This document shows, piece after piece, positions 40,001 through 52,300 of a DNA stretch of 64,000 bases. Position numbers and translations under genes: made by a program. The stretch is from Cenococcum geophilum (taxonomy: Eukaryota), in assembly GCA_050273025.1 (NCBI GenBank), contig CP158635.1, forward strand, positions 18,414,001 through 18,478,000, in the 5' to 3' direction. Each line of letters begins with the position of its first letter. Within the stretch, counting starts at the first letter, position 1. The notes beneath the pieces were generated by a model that worked only from the letters and a program-made list of their open reading frames with translations, made no database searches and was not told the DNA's origin.

Positions 40001-41885
40001 AAAATGTGCGTGGTTTGTCACGACGAGGCTTTCGTCTTCAGGACATCCAGTCCGAAGTCAGACGAATTCCAAAAGATATCTCGGACCTCTACTATAAACT
40101 TTTAAAAAGCATCAAAGAAGGACCACCCGAGGAACGGAGACGCTCTGTAAGGCTGTTGCAGTGGGTGTGCTTTGGATTCGAATCTCTGACTTTAATACAA
40201 CTCAGGGACGCATTAGCGATCGACCTGAGGGTTTATTACGATTCGCTGGCGGAGTCACTCAGACTGCGATGTTACAGATACTGTAGGTCGGATGCAACGT
40301 TGGCTGATTGACCTCTCGCGAGGCCTCGCTGAGCTGCGGGAACATGCTGGCCAGATGGTGGTACAATTCAATCACCAAACGGTCTACGGTTTTCTTAGGG
40401 ACAAAGGATTCCAAATCATAGAAGAGCCTTCCCGATTAGACATGAGCAGTTTGAGTCGAGTCTACCATGAGTTGGCCCGATGCTGCATCTTGTACTTTGC
40501 TACGAAAGAAATCCTATGGGCTACAGGACGGGATATTCCCAGTCTTAATAATTTCTTCAAAGGAAGGACAGATCTAGTTGACGATGCGAGCGAAGATATG
40601 CAAGTCGAGTTTGACGAAATTGAAATCAAAAGCGGAACGGAACACTCCGTAAGCACCGCATTGTCCTTGGCTCCGACTCTAGCGGGTTCCATAAGTGAAT
40701 CTGCACTGTCGGGGGATCCGAATGACGTAGAAATAATGATTAAGAGTTACCCTTTCATATCATACTCAACCGAATATTGGTTAGATTATGCTGAACTAGC
40801 GGAAAGGAACGGCATCTCGCAGGAGAATCTGCTAAAATACTTTCGTTGGCCTTCGGATCAGATTCTGCGCCACTGGATAAGAATGCGGCAGCACGTCTTC
40901 TCTGATCGTTCAGAAGCCGGACTAACGCTAATGCATATTGCGGCTAAACGTGGGCTTTTAAGTCTTTGTCGAGCAATAGCGGAGAAAGCAGAAACCAAAA
41001 AAGATGTGGACAAGCCCGATGACAATGGATGGACACTGCTGATGCATGCTGCCGCCTGCCAAAGCAGAGAGGCCATTGTGGAGTTCTTACTCAACCAGGG
41101 TGCGGATCCCAACACCAAAGATGGAGAGTGGGAAACGCCTCTTTTTAAGGTAACATCGCGAGGAGGTGAAGCCACTACAAGGTTGCTACTTGAACATGAT
41201 GCCGATCCGAATTTGGCGACATGGTCCAATGACACCGCTGTCAATAGCTGTCTTTTGGGAGCATGATGGCGTGCCGGTACTCCTCCTTAAGCAAGGTGCA
41301 GATCCCAATATCCTAGACGATGATGGCGAAACACCGCTGCTGCACGCAGCGCGAGGCAGGTCCTTCACGATTGCTCGCCAGCTCTTAAAATTCATAACAG
41401 ATCCGAACGGCGACCCACCTGCTTCTGAGACCCCACTTATCGTTGCGGTGAAACGGAAAGATCAACCTTTGATTGCCCTGCTCTTGAAGAAAGGCGCAGA
41501 TCCGGATCGAAGGGACGCCCAAGGCAGAACACCATTAGATTATGCTGTTCGACATGATTTCAGGGGTGCTGTGCAGATGCTGCTCGGGTACGGGGCGAAC
41601 CCAGGTTGTACCGACAAGTTGGGCCAAACCCCTCTTTTTCATGCAGCATCGTTTGGGCGTGTAGAGATAGCGCAGATCCTGCTTGCTGCAAAGGCTTCCC
41701 CAACTTTGGGTAGCTCTGATGGTAAGACACCATTGGAGCGGGCAGAGACTGCTGCAGAGGGCCTGAAGAAGGTGATAAGTGCGGACGAAAGCGCCCAGAG
41801 AGCAAGAATTCGCAAAACAATTTCGGTTTTAAAGGATCCTTCCAGAAAAACATATCAAGAAGACGACTTAGAACAGCTAAACTAG
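37067..41885 (+). pseudogene. Fungal NLR: SesB-like alpha/beta hydrolase - NACHT - ankyrin repeats, disrupted (5' end uncertain)
   Basis: Hydrolase motifs VDITFVHGLTG, MTFGYDADV, VHSLGGL and FLGTPHRG. Walker A LWIKGNAGSGKSTL and Walker B LVDALDGC. Many GxTPL..GADPN repeats. In-frame stops at ~38004, ~39158 and ~39982, and a frameshift near 41235. Confidence 0.85.
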
Positions 41886-43253
41886 CTGTCCCAGGCGATC
41901 GAGACAGTTTACCAATCTTTGGAAAAGTGGAAATGGATCAGATCACCTTGCTTGGCCTAGCACAGGGTCAGCCAGAATCAGCCGAGCAAAGGGCACATCT
42001 TGAAGCTACGTGGGAGATGAACATTGAAGATTTGCATCTCACTATTTCGCATGAAAATAGCCCAAAGGAAGAGTGAATTTCACAGTTTATAGGTCTCCAT
42101 CCACGCCAGCCATACTTTCTACAGGTCTTAAGTAAGTTACCAGGCCAGGATTTCCTTCAAAAGGTGTTTGAGCCTTGCTGGCCTTCCCGGTTGCTTGAAT
42201 GGTCATGGTCAAGCAATGGGGAACGGACTGAGTGTATTCTCAAATGTGGCTTATGAGTTCAGAAAAAGGTCAAATGTGTGAAACTTATTGTAGCTGCAGC
42301 GCGCATGCATGCTCAAAAGGATGACTCACGATAATATTTCCCATTCGTGGAAACCATCCTGGCGCTTAAAGAATTACGCAACCAAGACGAAGTGTTGAAC
42401 GCCAATTGGCGCCAAAAGGACCGGTCCTATTGGCAGCGCCAATTAGGACAATATATAGCCTCAAATTCCGGTCGACATGACCTAACTTTGATATAGTAGT
42501 AACCGACGCCAGGCCGACAGTAGCCGACAGTAACCGCCACTTGGTCGACACTAGCGGCTGAATTCGCTTTGAATGAGTGCCGATCCCAATCGTTAGAGGT
42601 TTATTGGCGACTTTGTATATATAGTCATCCTTCATAGTTCAATCTACCCACGAGGTCGTTGTTTCTGATTGGGTAATTCCGTCCAACAGGCAGTGAGAAG
42701 ATACGGTTGCACTTGCAAATGGTAAAAATGCGAAAAATGCGGAATCTCTAACAGCTATCGAAGTACTAACGGACAGCGATACCTCATAGAAAGTAAGGCG
42801 GTGGATCAAAGATACGGTGGTGAAGATAATGCCCATTGCTACGCTAGATGCCTTTAGCGTGCTCAGAGGTACCACGGCACTTTTATAAACGCTCCAGCAT
42901 TTGCCGCTGGAAAAGCTGCTAGTGCATACGCGGTTGACGTTGGCTGTTTAGCCTATTGGACAGTTACGACCCAATCACGCACTTGACTTAAATCTAAGGA
43001 ACCGTTAGCCTGGTGTCATATAAAGATTCCGAAGACTACTAAAAACAATGTTAGATAGGAAACTAATCGATTAATAGATTGTTTTAAGAAAAGTGGCTAG
43101 GACTGCCTTCAAGATATCTGTCGTAATTCGTTCTAAAGATGCCTTTTCAAAAGCTTAAAAGCAGATGCCAATACAAGTTTTAAGTCTCTAAAACTGCAAA
43201 AAAATCTCTCTGGCAGGTCAGGGCAGATTAAGAGAAAAGATTTACATCTACTC

Positions 43254-43258
43254 AAAAA
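43254..43258 (-). terminator. Pol III terminator (T5) of the tRNA-Pro gene
   Basis: TTTTT on the minus strand, 5 nt past the discriminator base. Confidence 0.7.
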
Positions 43259-43263
43259 TTAAG

Positions 43264-43454
43264 GGGTCTTGCCGCGATTCGAACGCGGGGCCTCTGTCGA
43301 GCATGTAAGTGTGACGTTCAGTTTGTAAGTCGGTACCAAACTTACCTCGCATTTAACTCAGGTTCACCCTAAGCTGTGAAATTTATTAATGGTACTGTCA
43401 TTTACAGTAATAATGATTAACCTACCGAGAATCATACCACTAGACCACAAGACC
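43264..43454 (-). tRNA. tRNA-Pro(AGG) interrupted by two spliceosomal-type introns (43374-43425, 43294-43345) and one canonical tRNA intron (43352-43366)
   Basis: The spliced product is GGTCTTG TG GTCT AGTGGTA TGAT T CTCG|C TT AGG G|T GCGAG|AGGCC CCGCG TTCGAAT CGCGG CAAGACC C. The acceptor, anticodon and T stems pair perfectly, and the A and B boxes are intact. Confidence 0.93.
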
Positions 43455-45642
43455 GTTTTATGCTGATTGGACAGCGGAAATTATAATTATTTAATATATC
43501 AACACGAAAGCTTCCGAGATGTGTGTCTCGCTTGTGCCCCAAGAACAACAAGCCACCACTGCCAGCTGCCTAACGTTGCTCTATTCCTCCACCTTACTCT
43601 TTATAATTCATTTCAATCCCATTTAACCCCACTCAGTAATTTATAGCTATAGTTAGTTATAGATATTTAGTAAAGTCTAGCAATGCTAACTCTAAAAAGT
43701 CTTGCTTAATGAAAATTAAACACTTATAGCTAGCTCCCTTGCTAACGATCTACTCTCCCTTATTTTATTATTAACTACCTTTATAGGAGATAGACTATAA
43801 TTATAACATTTATATTCTAATTAATCTATTAAATACTATATAGAACTATATATAATGGGGTTATAGACAGGCGTGGCACTAAGTTTATTAAAGTAATATA
43901 ATTATAACAAAGCCTTATAGCAGGAACTATAGTAAACTTATTAATGGGCTAGGTATATAGGTAAATAAGAAGTTAATAATGTAATAATAACTAGTGGAGT
44001 GGTTGCCTAATAGATTAACTCTAATTATATTCTAAGATTTACTACAAAAAGAAGAACTATCTAGGTAGGGATTATAGTCCTTTAAATACATAACCGATTA
44101 TTCTTAACGGGAAGAGCACTTAAGTAGTTTAAACCTTACCTTACGGAAATGCAAGAATATAGTATAATAACCACTAACTAGGAGGTCCGGTATATATTCT
44201 TAAGTTAAAATAGGTTCGTGGAATAATTAACGCAAATATTTAGAGACCTAGAGGCAATTATAATAGTAAAAAGAAAGCTTTAAAACCTAGTATAAAGGAC
44301 TTTAGCAATTAAGTATATAACGCAGTTTTAAATATTAGTAATATAGGTTAAATAGAACAATAAGGCGCTTATAGTATAGTATAAATAGGGACTTAAGGCA
44401 AAAGTCTAAAATATAATTATTCTAATAGAAGATACGGATACTCTTAGGAATTTAATTAATTAAGTAATTAAGATCGATAATAGGATCTACTAAAGAGAGC
44501 AGACTAAGAAGGGTTAGGATAGAGTTCCATAGTTATATAAGGCGCAAAATACGCAATAATAAAGTTAAAGTTAAAAACTATAGTATAGCGCAGAGCTAAT
44601 AGACCTAAGTAGTACTAAAGAATTTAAAAAATAGAATAAATAATTATAGAAACCTAGAGGACAAGGATTAAGTAATTAAAGGTCTAAAAAGTAAAGGCTA
44701 AACTAGGGATCTTAATAGTAGAAGACATTTAGGCGGACTCTATAGTAAGAAAAATAGTTTAAAAAAGGAGCTTATATAAATTACGGAAAATAGGGTTATT
44801 ACGTTAAAGACTATAAGAGTAGTTAGAATTATTATATAGTAAAAGAAATAAGACTAGTAGAAGATATATATATATAGAGGAATAATAGTATACTATAAGG
44901 AACAAAAGAATATTTAATTAACAGTTTTGCGTTTTGTTATAATAACGTATACTAAATTTATAAAGATGCTAAGTACGGCGTAAGCTATTGGCCATAAGAG
45001 CTAAAATTATTAGAGTTTAGAGGAACTAACAAACTAGTTTATAGATCGGATATTAAGGACAATAAGTTTAATATAGGCGAAACATTTAATAATAATAAGG
45101 TAATAAAGGCAGCTTACTAAGAGTATATAAACCTCGGAGATATTATATAAGAGGTAGAGGATAATTCTACTATAGAATAGGGAATATTAGTAGGGATTAA
45201 GACCCCACTAGATATAATATCTATCGCTTTATAAGATATAAGAGAAGTAGGATAATAGACTACTTTAGTACTTAATAAAGGCAAAAGGCTATAAGCTTAA
45301 GACTCTTAAGACGAGATATAAGATGACTAAGATTCTTAAAATAAGATAAGGTAAGCTTAAGGACCTATAATAGACAATAACCGATAGAGCAAAGTAATAG
45401 CTTAGTTTAGTAATATATAAATAAGCTTAGGACAAAGTTTCCTAAAAACATAAGACTCTTAAGACGAGATAAAAACTCTAAGTAAGCCTAGTAGGACTAA
45501 GACTAGAGCAAAGCTTAAGATAAAAGTAAGCTTAGGATTAAGAATCTTATAGGACTAAGATTTTAGCAATAGAATAAGAACTATTAAAGAAATTACGAGT
45601 AAGGCTTAGTAATAGGATTAAAGTATTAACACCAAGATTAAG

Positions 45643-48020
45643 CAGGGTGGTTTTGGATAATGCGAATAAGCGAGCATAAAATATCCTTTATCCAATAGAA
45701 TATGTATAAATATCGCAATTAATAAGGATAAAAGTGCCCTGTGCGGAGCTTTTCTACCCCAACCAAGTAGAATAGGACTCGATTCTAGCAGAATTTAGCA
45801 GATACTGCAGATATTGCGGATATTATAGATATTGCGGATATTGCAGATATTATAGATATTGCGGATATCGCAGATATTGCGGGTACTGCGGATATTGCGG
45901 ATATTATAGATAGGCGTAAGGTATTATAGGGTCCCTATCTACCTTTCCCCCTAACTATATAATAGCTATATACTTAGAGAAAAATTACCTATTTCTCTTA
46001 TAGTTCTTCTTTAATGCCAATTCTTTAAACACTTTATTTTCTTAAGAGTTTTAGGAACTATCTACATTCTCTCCCATAATACTATATAACGTCCTCCTAA
46101 AAAGACTCTTTCTAGCTTATCACTTATTGCTGGAATTAAGAGAATTTTGATTGCTATAAGTGAGAGCTATGGCCAGCGTTTTCGTTACTGTTCTTAAGAC
46201 CACCACTGAAGTGCAGTTATTAAAATCTTATATAGCGTCTTAGAGATAAAGTCCTTATACTCGTCCTGACTTTTTAGTCGAAACATTATACTATTAAGAT
46301 CCTTGGCAATCTTATTAAACTTATTAAGGTCTTAAGCTAGAGCTAGCTTTTTGTATAATGATATACTTCTAGGCGTAGAACTCCTATTCCGATATCTTTC
46401 CTAAAGCTCTTTAACGTTGTTAAGTGCAGGCTTACGCCACTCCTTCTTCTAAACCTGCTTAATATATCTCATATAACGGGCTAGATAAAGAATAAGTGCA
46501 GCGGCGTAAAGGGGTGAGTTATCTGTTTTATGGTAATACCTATTAAAGGTATTCTAAGCATTTTTAATGCGTTTAGAGAACTCCTTATTAGATATATACT
46601 CCTTCTATTATATATTAGCTAGGAAATAAAAAGGGGAGATAGACTAACCTGGAATTTATTAAGGTGCTTAATTATAACGTCTATTATAAAAAGCATATTC
46701 TTAAGCGTTGCTTCGTGTCTTTGGCATTTTAGGGTTGCCTAGTAGAATATCTAAAGAAAGCTTTTTATTATACGAAGCGCCTCCTAGTCCTTTGGACTAA
46801 GATAGTCCTTTTTAAGCGTATTAAGGTTATACTTAGTATACGTATTAAGGGCAGACTCTTTCTAAATTACTATGCTAAGTATAAAATACTAGCTATTCTA
46901 TCTTATACGATTATTAAGCGGAATTATTCTCCCTATAAGACTTTTAAACTCCCTTATACGACCAGCTAAGCTGTGGGTGTGTATGGTAATATTATAAAGC
47001 TTTCTAAGTGCGCTAAGTTTCCAAAATAAATTACTTTTCTTTTTCTCCTCTTTTAGATCTAGCTCTTTTCCTTCTTTATATAACTTAATATTATTAAGAC
47101 TAATTAAGTTTTTAAAGAGGAAAGCCTATATAGCAAGGTTAAGAATATAACCCTAACAGCGGATCCGTTAGTAGACGGGATTCCATTTAATTCCTTCTTC
47201 CTAAAGAAGCCAGTCGCTTATCGTATAACAGAGCTTATTATTTATAGTATGGTTATTAAATATAACGGCACCTAGCTTTCGCGTAATCCCGTAGTCCTTA
47301 AGTACTAAAAGAAGAGTATTTTATTGCTCGTCCCTATTATAAGAGGCTACCATACAAAGGCCAAGAAGAGCGTTTGTAAGCTTTTCCTGGCTATTAATAA
47401 AATGGCCGCAAATTACAAGGAGAAGGTAATTATTTAGAGAGGTCCAGATATTAACGGAGAGATAAATACTTGTTAGTGTAGACTGCAGCCTCTTTTATAT
47501 AATATTCTTTTGCGATAGCTATAAGTTATAGATCTTTTTACTAACTGTTAAATGGGCTATAGTTATATAGCCGTCTACTTTAGGATTAATTAACTATAGA
47601 AGAACATGGAACTCTGGCCACTTAACTATCCAAAATAGTAAGTTTTGTATAATAATTAATATAATAAGGGCCTTATTAATAACTTCTTTATTTAGGACCG
47701 TTTGGAGTACTTTTAAATCTAGCTCTTCTGTCTCATTTTAAGATGACGCTTTAAGGTAAAGGTCTTTTAATTAATCCCGTATTACTTCTTTCGTATAACT
47801 AGTTTTAGGCTTAACTATAATGCCATGCTTTAACGCCAAGTAATTTTAGAAGTTAGAAGTTGACTATGCAGCGTATGACTTTGTGCAGTGTTTACAATAG
47901 AATAAAAGACGGGCTTTTTTATTTCGTACGGGCTTATTACTACCTAGTGGACGGGTATGCTCCTATGTCAAAAGAGCTGAGCGACCTCTTATATTTTTTG
48001 ATTTAGAGGTATTAATAGAG
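45643..48020 (-). mobile_element. hAT transposon fragment (3' end plus transposase remnant)
   Basis: Terminus CAGGGTGGTTTT resembles the TIR at 11516. 9-bp GATATTGCG subterminal repeats lie at 45800-45912. The minus strand reads LSVNIWTSLNNYLLLVICGHF and the dimerisation motif WP*LSLIAIKILLIPAISDKLERVF. Confidence 0.82.
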
Positions 48021-49375
48021 TTAAGAGCTTCTGATTCCACTTCTAAAGCCATATTTTATACGATAATAAAGAAGAAAAAGGCGACGAAAATTTATTTGGG
48101 GTATGCCAAGACTTATCGCGATAAGATTTATCCAAAACCACCCTAAGATTAAGAAGTAAGATAACTTTAAGAATTTATCTACGAGATGCAAACCAAAAGA
48201 AACTATAAAAGAATTTAGATAGAGAATTATTATATAGCAAGAATAGAAACTAGATAAGAGATTTAATATACTAGGTTGTATAAGGGATAGAGTATTAGTA
48301 TAAAGAATTACTAATAGGCCTAGGATAGGCATACTAAGAGCTAAGTAGCTTACTAAACTAAAAAACGAAGAGGATTTAGGAATCCTTACTAGATTTAAAG
48401 AACAATATATAAAGGATTATTATAATATAGTAATAAGAAGATACTTCCTTACGGATAAGCTGTATATACTTTAGTAGCTATACTAAAAGTAGTATAGACA
48501 ACGACACAATAATAAGTAGGAAGATTTCTATATATAGCTAGATAAGTAAGTTATCTAAGACTACCCGATTATAGAGAAGGCCATAACTTATATTAAAGAA
48601 GCCTTAATTATAACGTTAAAGGATTTAAAGAAATAATTAGAGGACTGGAGAAGCGAAAGACGTATCTTAGTACCTACAAATAAAGTCATAACGTTTAGAT
48701 TAATACGGTAAATATTTAAACTTAAAAATAAAGACGAGTTAAGAGTTAACCTAAAGCACCTAGTATACTATACGCTATTATAGATTATATATATAGATAA
48801 TATATATAAAATGCATAAAAACCTAAAGGAAAAGAATCGGAAATACCCTATAAGGATATATTAGGCGCTAGATAAGCAATAGTATAGAAATACTAAGTAT
48901 ATATATAGCTGACATTTAATAGAAGTTTAAGAGTTAGGAAACTTAATACTTTAACTAAAAAGATTCTTTATAGAAGAATACTTAAATAGATAATAGTGGT
49001 AGGAATACCTAAAGAATACGTATCTATAGTATATTAAAGACAAAAAGCGAACTAGGTATTAGCTAAAGAGTAAGCTAAGTATAATAGGATTAAGCAGCTA
49101 ATAGTTAGGAAAAGTAGAGGCCTATAGAACTAGAGGGAGCCAGTAGTAAAGCCTTAAACCCTTAAAGGAATTTAAGAACAACACCTAGATTTATAAGTTA
49201 ATTAGCAAGATTAGCAGTTTAAAGCACTAATAGATAGTAAAGTAACGCGAAACTATATCTTACTAGCAGTAGTTAAGAGAATAGGATTACCTTATAGATA
49301 AAAGGAGTAACTTTACCTACTAGTTATAAATTTAGGAGATCTAATAGCCTATAAAGGAGGTATTATTAATCTTAA

Positions 49376-52300
49376 TAGATACATTAATTTAGAGCTCTTG
49401 CTGCACCCGGCCCAAAAAGACTAAAACCAACCAAAAGAACCCTAAAAAACACCTAGAGAATCCCCCTAAGATGTATGCATCGCAGGGGAGGCACACGTTA
49501 AATGACGGTGGTTTGTACTTGCGCGCGTCCACCAGATCCACGCCTAGCAATGGCCCTCTATAACAAGAATGGGCGAATACTACACCATAAAGCGGAAAGA
49601 CCTCTATTAAGAAGGCATCTAATAAAATATAAAGCCTATTAGACGCGTCTAGTATCCGCAGTTATGGGGGAGTAACCGTTAGCTATAATAAACTAATACA
49701 GCTAGTAGAATAGCTCCGCTAGCCTAGCGAACCTTAGGCGCCCCTCTAGCAAACCCTTAATTAAATCCTCTAACAGCTAAGCAAAATTAAAAATAAATAA
49801 AACCCCTTTTTACCGGCGAACCGCACCTAGGCCACCGTAGCTGTGTATTTATAGTATAGGAAACTTACCCCCCTAAAAACAATATCTAGGTATATAATTA
49901 CAATATAACTAAACATAGAAAAAGTAGAGGGGCTTAGGGGATAATTAGAAACAGAAGTCCTTACGGAGATTCGTAAAGAGGTCTATAACGCTATTATAGT
50001 TTATAGTCCGATACCTTAGAAGCGAAGACATTAGAGTTACCCTAAGGGACCAATAGGTAAAGGAATGAGCCGTTAGGGCAGGGGATAGGCTAGGAGAACG
50101 TATTAGCATAAAAGTACTCCGCGAAGATTACCCAGTTAAAGTCCTAGTGGTTCCCCTAAGCCTTAGGGTAGAAAAGGGACACTAGGCGGATAATACAGTA
50201 ACTATATATAAGATAGTAAAACAAACGGAACGCCTTATACTAGGACTTAAAATTACCTAAATCTAATAGCTTTAATAGGAAAATACAAACTAAGTATATA
50301 ATAAGAATAATAAAAAAATATAAGGGTCGCTAGAGACTCGCTAGAGAAACGCTAGTTAAACGTATAGCTCCCTTATTATTAGCACACATATACTAGGAAT
50401 GTAAAAACTCCTTATTTAAAAAGGTATTATTATAAATGGCCTTATATATAACGCAAGGCTCTATAACCACAGACTACGCCTAAAATAATACTATCGCTAT
50501 ATATAATAGGGGCATACCCAATTCATATACGCGGTGTAGGTATGCTGCGGCTACTATACAGGCCCCTATAATACAAGACACTGCTTAGATTAAGACTAAA
50601 TAAAATGCGTAAACTGCCACTAAAGCATACATAAGGCGTGGGAGAGAGAAAACTGTATTAAATACAGGAGACGGAAGGTAAGGGCTTAACAGCTACAGGA
50701 ATAACTGCACGCTAGGTTATATAAATAGAAATAACAGGCAATAAGCTAAGGGGGCGTAGGTGCCTTTCTAGCGTTTCCTACCTTTAATACTAGGGGGCTA
50801 GGCTAGCTATTCCAAGCCTTAACAGGCCAGAAGTAACGCCGCGTGATATTACTAGACCGTATAGGGATATAAGGGAGAGAACGCCCTATAGGAAGACCCT
50901 TATAGACAGCTATAGCAAGCTTAAGACCGGGACAATTAAGAATTAGACTTAACGCGGCAAATATAATATTCGCAGCCAACTCCTAAAGGGTATATAGCTA
51001 ACTAGTAAGAATAGGGGAAGAACTAAAGATAATAATAGATTTAGATATAGAAGCGCTAGTAGAAACACAAGATATAGGAATAAAAAGCTCTATATAAAAT
51101 AAGTAGTAACCAGGGTGTAGATATAAAAGACAGAAGTTTTAAATATCTTAGAGAAAGTGGAAATAAAAGAAGTAAGGAATAATAGAGAGGCGAAGGACCC
51201 TCATTGGGGGTCCGCTACCTATCCATTATATAGTATAACTGTAGTAACACAAACCACCGTCTTATAAGGCCCTTACTAGACAGTTTAGACCTAGAGAAAT
51301 ACTATATCCTTACTATATAAGAGCCGTACTATAATACCTACATATAATTAATATACTGCCCCTAAGGATTCCAGCTCCTATATAATCCAAAAGCAGCTAT
51401 ACGCATATACTTTATAATTAGTAAGACTATTAGCTTGTCCTTATAGTTATAACAGGCAGTTAATTTAGATATTATAGTTATAACAATCTAGATATATAGA
51501 GGACCGGTATAAATCATTAATATATATAACCCTAGGGTTAAAGGGGTCCCATAAATAGAGAATATTATATTAGTAATAAGCTTACTTAAAACCAAAGGCA
51601 CAGAGTCTATCCTATTAGGAGACATAAACCTCTACTACCCGCAGTAGGGGGGTATCTATATTACTGCTAAATAACAGGTAGAGTGCCTACTAAAAGCTAT
51701 AAATACCTAGGGGCTTAAGCTGGTCACCCCCCCTAAAGCAATTATATAGCAATAAGGATCCGCTAAAAGTATAATTAACCTTATATTTATGGACGAAGGC
51801 CTATACTAAAGACTTAAAAGGTGCAACCCTAAAGAAGAATAGGCACTTACTTTAGACTATATCCCCATCTAGATACAGCTAGATTTGGACATTAAGGCGT
51901 AACTAAATAGCAAAAGATACGCAATAAGAATGCTTAAGGCAGATAGTTTCCTTAATATAGTTAAATAACAACTTTAAGACCTAGAAGAAATCCACCTAAT
52001 ACTAAATAAGCAAGGCTTATTAGCTACCTCTAAGGAAATCAACTAAAGACTAGAAAGGATTTAGGCAGCAATTAAAAATGGGCTAGAAGAGTACTGCCCG
52101 GTCTTAAGACTAGACCCCTATACGTAATACGTATAGTCTGTATAATACGCGGTTCTTATAGCTAGCTAATAATAAGTAAGAAGGAAATACTTAAGTAGCT
52201 ATAACCCTAAAGATAAGAGACGATATAAAGACACAAGAAACCAGTTAAAGAATACCCTAAAAAAAGAAGCAAGAAATAACTAGAAACAATTTATAAATAA

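Noticed and set aside
43294..43425. Reading the tRNA insert as one long canonical intron, or as a SINE/pseudogene
   Set aside because: A single 37/38 intron cannot restore the anticodon stem, whereas two exact GT..AG excisions plus the 15-nt intron do. All stems are intact and T5 follows directly, unlike a SINE.
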